Below, piece by piece: positions 31,976 through 34,931 of a stretch of DNA of 34,931 bases. A model generated the notes under the pieces. That model was not told the DNA's origin and made no database searches. It saw nothing but the letters and a program-made list of their open reading frames with translations. Source of the DNA: Deltaproteobacteria bacterium (GTDB lineage: Bacteria > Desulfobacterota > Binatia > Bin18); the NCBI GenBank assembly GCA_013140885.1, contig JABFSC010000778.1:1-34931 (forward strand), in the 5' to 3' direction. Position 1 is the first letter of the stretch. Each line of letters starts with the position of its first letter. Both the position numbers and the translations under genes were made by a program.

Positions 31976-32437
31976 ATGGCCAGAACCGGTAATTTTCATG
32001 CGATTGAACCTAGGTGGAGTCAGCGAAAGGGGCAGTGTAAGCGAGCAATTCCCAGGGCCGAAGCTAAAAACGGAAACTTCCGGCCCTATTTTCATGATTC
32101 TATTGCGGTCCGTCGCAGCTACCCTCTTGCTGCCCCTTATACCGCCGATCAGGATAGTGATGCCTTTGCGAGGATATTCCAATATTACCCTTCTTCTCCA
32201 GAGGAAAAGGCACGGATGATGACTGTCCTGCGGCAGCAGATGCATTATTCGCCCATGATGCAGTTCATCCTCTCCGATGAGGAACGGCGGCTCTTTTGGC
32301 CCCAGCGGTATTGCTTCTGCGGATCGATTGACGGCTGGATCAGCATTGGGGTGCCCGATACGCTGGCACACGTAGTCAAGACGTATGTCAAACATCTGGG
32401 CAAAGCGTCATATTTTGAACTGTTCTCATACAGCTAA
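31976..32437 (+). CDS. Hypothetical ORF in an AT-richer region; real start may be ATG 32216
   Basis: Only ORF length and a possible AGGAAAAGG before ATG 32216 support it. I recognise no family. The N-terminal half is Arg-rich and overlaps a hairpin. Confidence 0.25.
   Translation: MARTGNFHAIEPRWSQRKGQCKRAIPRAEAKNGNFRPYFHDSIAVRRSYPLAAPYTADQDSDAFARIFQYYPSSPEEKARMMTVLRQQMHYSPMMQFILSDEERRLFWPQRYCFCGSIDGWISIGVPDTLAHVVKTYVKHLGKASYFELFSYS
32055..32092 (+). terminator. Hairpin plus T-tract (gggccgaag-13 nt loop-cttccggccc-tatttt), terminator-like
   Basis: A 9-bp stem with one bulge is followed by TATTTT, read directly from the sequence. There is no obvious upstream + strand gene, so it may end a small transcript or be fortuitous. 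Confidence 0.3.
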
Positions 32438-32627
32438 CTCCTAGCGAGTTCGCAGAAACGTCTTCCCATCCGACCCTGTCAGGAGCGAATCCTCCTCCCA
32501 GTCACGCCGCGCCAGAGGCGACGCAACAGCCCCGGAAAGAGGGCATTAACATACTTGACGCACCGGAGAGATGCGCCGTGCTCACTTTCACCAAGAATTG
32601 CCGTTGCTGATAGGAAATTTTGCATTT

Positions 32628-33899
32628 TCAGACGCAGTGGGTGCTCAGATACGAGACTTCTTTGCTCTCACGAAAACACAGGTGCGTCAAGTATATTATT
32701 ACCGGAAAGAGCGTCTTGTGTAATCGCCTCGTCATCGGAAACTCAGGGGCGATTTGCTGGAGAAACGTGTCATAGTGCTCCGCCAGCTCGCGGTTCCCGG
32801 TCGCCAGGAAATAGAGTCCTGCGAGGCCCATGAAATTGGCGACTTCCGAGAGATGAAACCGCTTGCGCTGGGGATAGAGCAGAGACAAGTCGAACGTGTG
32901 GGCGAAAATCTCGGCCACCTGTGCATAGTCCCCGCGCGCCAAACAGACCTCGGCGTAGTTCACCCGTGCGAACACATACTCGGGATTCCGGCGATAGTTT
33001 TCTTCCACCACGGCTTCCGCTTCCCGCCGTTGGCCAGCCCGCGCATGCGCCACACTCAGATAGTTATACAGTTGCGGCACTCGGGGATACCGTGTGATCA
33101 AGTCCTGCAATGCGGGAATCGCTTCGCGGGGGCGGCGTTGCACGATGTCGTGGAGTCGCTCGATCTCCTCTTTGACGCGCTGGGGCAGCCGCTGATAGTG
33201 AGGCTCAGGCATGGGCTCAGTCGTAATCTCATAGTGAGAGAACGCGGCTCCAGGTGGTGTCTCCGCTGCGAAGGGAAGGGAGGGCTTTGGGGGTATTCCC
33301 GTTCGCGCGCGCGGGCAGTCGTCTCGCCTCGCCGGTCTGACGTGCGGTTTCGTCTTGGGGAGTCGTCGTGCCGGTCGGTATGCCACATCGACAGGTGCGG
33401 TCCGTGCGGAAGGAAGGTCGAGTTTTTTCGCGGGTCTTTCCGTACGCGGGGGGCCAGTGACTGGGCGTCCACCTTCAATTCGTTGACGGAACATTTGGTA
33501 GTGCCGTTTGATGCGCTCGACGTAGTGTGGGTCCCGCAACAGGACGGTGCGCGTGAGTTCCAGCAGCGCCGGAGCCAGGGCGGTCGCGGGACTGCCCACA
33601 TTGAGAACGGGTCCTTTCAGCTCCGCCACGACTCGTGGATTGCGAGTGTTCATCCACGTCGCGTAGAATTCGGGTTTCTCCCACCCCCAAGCCACGACTG
33701 CTTCGATCTGGTGCCGGGTGGACGAGAGCACCGAGAAGAACACACGCCGGCAGTCACAGCCGGGCTCGTCACAGAACATTTCCACAAACCCGTACTCCCC
33801 CACGGGCAGCCTACTCCGTTCCCCAGGCGCGATGGTGATGGCTCGCGTCTCCTGCTCCGCTACCGTGGGGAACTCCTCATAAAAGGGTCGGTATGCCAT
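32628..33899 (-). CDS. TPR-repeat protein with an N-terminal Cys-containing domain (FCDEPGCDCRRVFF) and a Pro/Arg-rich linker
   Basis: The C-terminal half has TPR-like repeats (YNYLSVAHARAGQRREAEAVVEENYRRNP, EYVFARVNYAEVCLARGDYAQVAEIF). The 3' end runs into AT-rich sequence, so the exact stop context is uncertain. Confidence 0.6.
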   Translation of the reverse strand: MAYRPFYEEFPTVAEQETRAITIAPGERSRLPVGEYGFVEMFCDEPGCDCRRVFFSVLSSTRHQIEAVVAWGWEKPEFYATWMNTRNPRVVAELKGPVLNVGSPATALAPALLELTRTVLLRDPHYVERIKRHYQMFRQRIEGGRPVTGPPRTERPAKKLDLPSARTAPVDVAYRPARRLPKTKPHVRPARRDDCPRARTGIPPKPSLPFAAETPPGAAFSHYEITTEPMPEPHYQRLPQRVKEEIERLHDIVQRRPREAIPALQDLITRYPRVPQLYNYLSVAHARAGQRREAEAVVEENYRRNPEYVFARVNYAEVCLARGDYAQVAEIFAHTFDLSLLYPQRKRFHLSEVANFMGLAGLYFLATGNRELAEHYDTFLQQIAPEFPMTRRLHKTLFPVIIYLTHLCFRESKEVSYLSTHCV

Positions 33900-34017
33900 A
33901 GGCTCCTTCCGATGATCGCGAGTTCGCTATTTTGTCACACGTCCAGATCGGCGTCTTCAACGTCACGGATGTGATGACCGTCCCACCTTGTCTCGCGCTT
34001 CGCCCATACCATATCCC

Positions 34018-34746
34018 ATGCCCCACACGAAAGATGTCAGCATCGCCACCGCGCTCGACTTCGCTCGCAAAGATGAACTGTGGGTCAAGAAGTGGCTGAC
34101 CAAGCCCTTCTACGAGATTTGGCAGGAACTCAATGGCCGCAGTGTCTTGCCGCTGGTCACGGCGGAGAAATCGACGTACCAGTCGATCCAGAAAGTGAAG
34201 ACGTTCACGCCGCCCTCGCGTGATCGGGCCTTTGTCTTCTCGCAATTATCCAAGAATATTGAGAATGCCTGTATCAAGGCGCGCACGTACCGACTCGCGG
34301 CCACAAGAGCCGTCATCATGTTGAAGACCCAGACCTTTCGCATGGCATGGGTCGAGGTGCGCTTCTCCCGGGCGACAGCCTTTCCCCAGGACATCGTGCA
34401 CGCGATTGCGCCCGTGTTTACCCAGCTCTTTGATCCCGCGGAAGACTATCGCGCCACGGCCATTGTCCTCACGAAACTGGCAGAGGACCGGATGGTGCAG
34501 CTGGACCTCTTTGGCGAAGTGGTGCGGGCCGAGCGGCTCTCCAAGGTGTATCAGGCGGTGGATCGGATGCGGGAGCAGTATGGGAAACACACAGTGTTCC
34601 TGGGCAGTAGTCTGCTGGCGCGGCAGTTCGCGCAACACGTAGGGGAACAAGGCGATGCCCCGCAACGCCGGCAGCACTTGTTCAAAGGGGAGACGCAGCG
34701 CCAACGGCTGGGCATTCCGATGTTGATGGGCACGTTGCTGGAGTGA
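34018..34746 (+). pseudogene. 5'-truncated Y-family DNA polymerase (UmuC/DinB-like thumb plus little-finger region only)
   Basis: ALDFARKDELWVKKWLTKPFYEIWQELNGRSVLPL ... QLDLFGE ... VDRMREQYGKHTVFLGSS parallels the C-terminal ~240 residues of UmuC-type polymerases. The catalytic palm/fingers N-terminus is absent, and the upstream DNA belongs to a - strand gene. Confidence 0.55.
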
Positions 34747-34931
34747 GGGCGCTTTCCAGGGTGCTTGCCAATACCACACTCACAGATGGAATAGAGGAAA
34801 GGACGTACTCACCCTATGCCGACCGCACTTGATGCCGCCCTCCAATCGTTAGCGGAACAGACGGCGGCGACCATCCATGCGACCGTGCGCCGCTGGTGAC
34901 GCGACCCAGAGGATGGAACGCTGCTGCAGAT

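Noticed and set aside
32754-33974. 406-aa ORF on the + strand.
   Set aside because: It is antisense to the TPR-protein gene, Arg-rich, and without motifs. The - strand product has clear TPR-like repeats and a sensible start context.
33900-34017. LexA/SOS box upstream of the Y-family polymerase fragment.
   Set aside because: No CTGT-N8-ACAG or GAAC-N4-GTTC type palindrome is present in the intergenic region.
34816-34898. Short 27-codon ORF (MPTALDAALQSLAEQTAATIHATVRRW) near the window end.
   Set aside because: It is too short, has no recognisable motif or clear RBS, and cannot be supported from sequence alone.

Overview
High-GC bacterial segment, almost all genes on the + strand and many translationally coupled. 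It is dominated by a Cu(I)/Ag(I) resistance island.

Gene order:
- 2-5432: cusC-like (5' partial), cusB-like and cusA-like HME-RND efflux genes.
- 5516-11314: a cluster of secreted Met-rich proteins wrapped around a three-gene redox module. The module encodes (a) a membrane-anchored FNR-like FAD/NAD(P)H + 2Fe-2S reductase carrying a periplasmic Met/His-rich domain, (b) a putative di-heme b-type membrane protein, and (c) a membrane-anchored heptaheme cytochrome c.
- 11341-14195: a CBM48 remnant, a DUF2314-like protein, a Gly/Tyr-rich lipoprotein, an M50 site-2 protease and a small Cys/His-tailed membrane peptide.
- 14469-17494: P1B-1 Cu+ ATPase copy 1 with a coupled membrane protein.
- 17547-21799: a glucoamylase-like protein, a ~96% identical duplicate of the cytochrome c 3' end, two more Met/His-rich secreted paralogs, a DUF2933 + ICMT-like pair and an unknown Cys/His protein.
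- 21796-25679: GH57 enzyme, AraC-family regulator and SAM methyltransferase.
- 25740-28660: P1B-1 ATPase copy 2, split by an apparent 7-nt deletion inside a metal-binding motif, followed by a His/Asp/Tyr-rich secreted protein.
- 29150-34746: ppsA (- strand), an AT-richer stretch of unclear content, a TPR protein (- strand) and a 5'-truncated Y-family DNA polymerase.

No rRNA, tRNA, CRISPR array or recognisable transposase was seen.

The best candidate for an undescribed system is the split NOX/MsrQ-like electron conduit (reductase, cytochrome b, multiheme cytochrome c) at 6418-9927. It is embedded among Met-rich periplasmic Cu-binding proteins next to cusCBA, and the window has no multicopper oxidase or CusF.

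All family assignments come from motif recognition by eye and need database confirmation.
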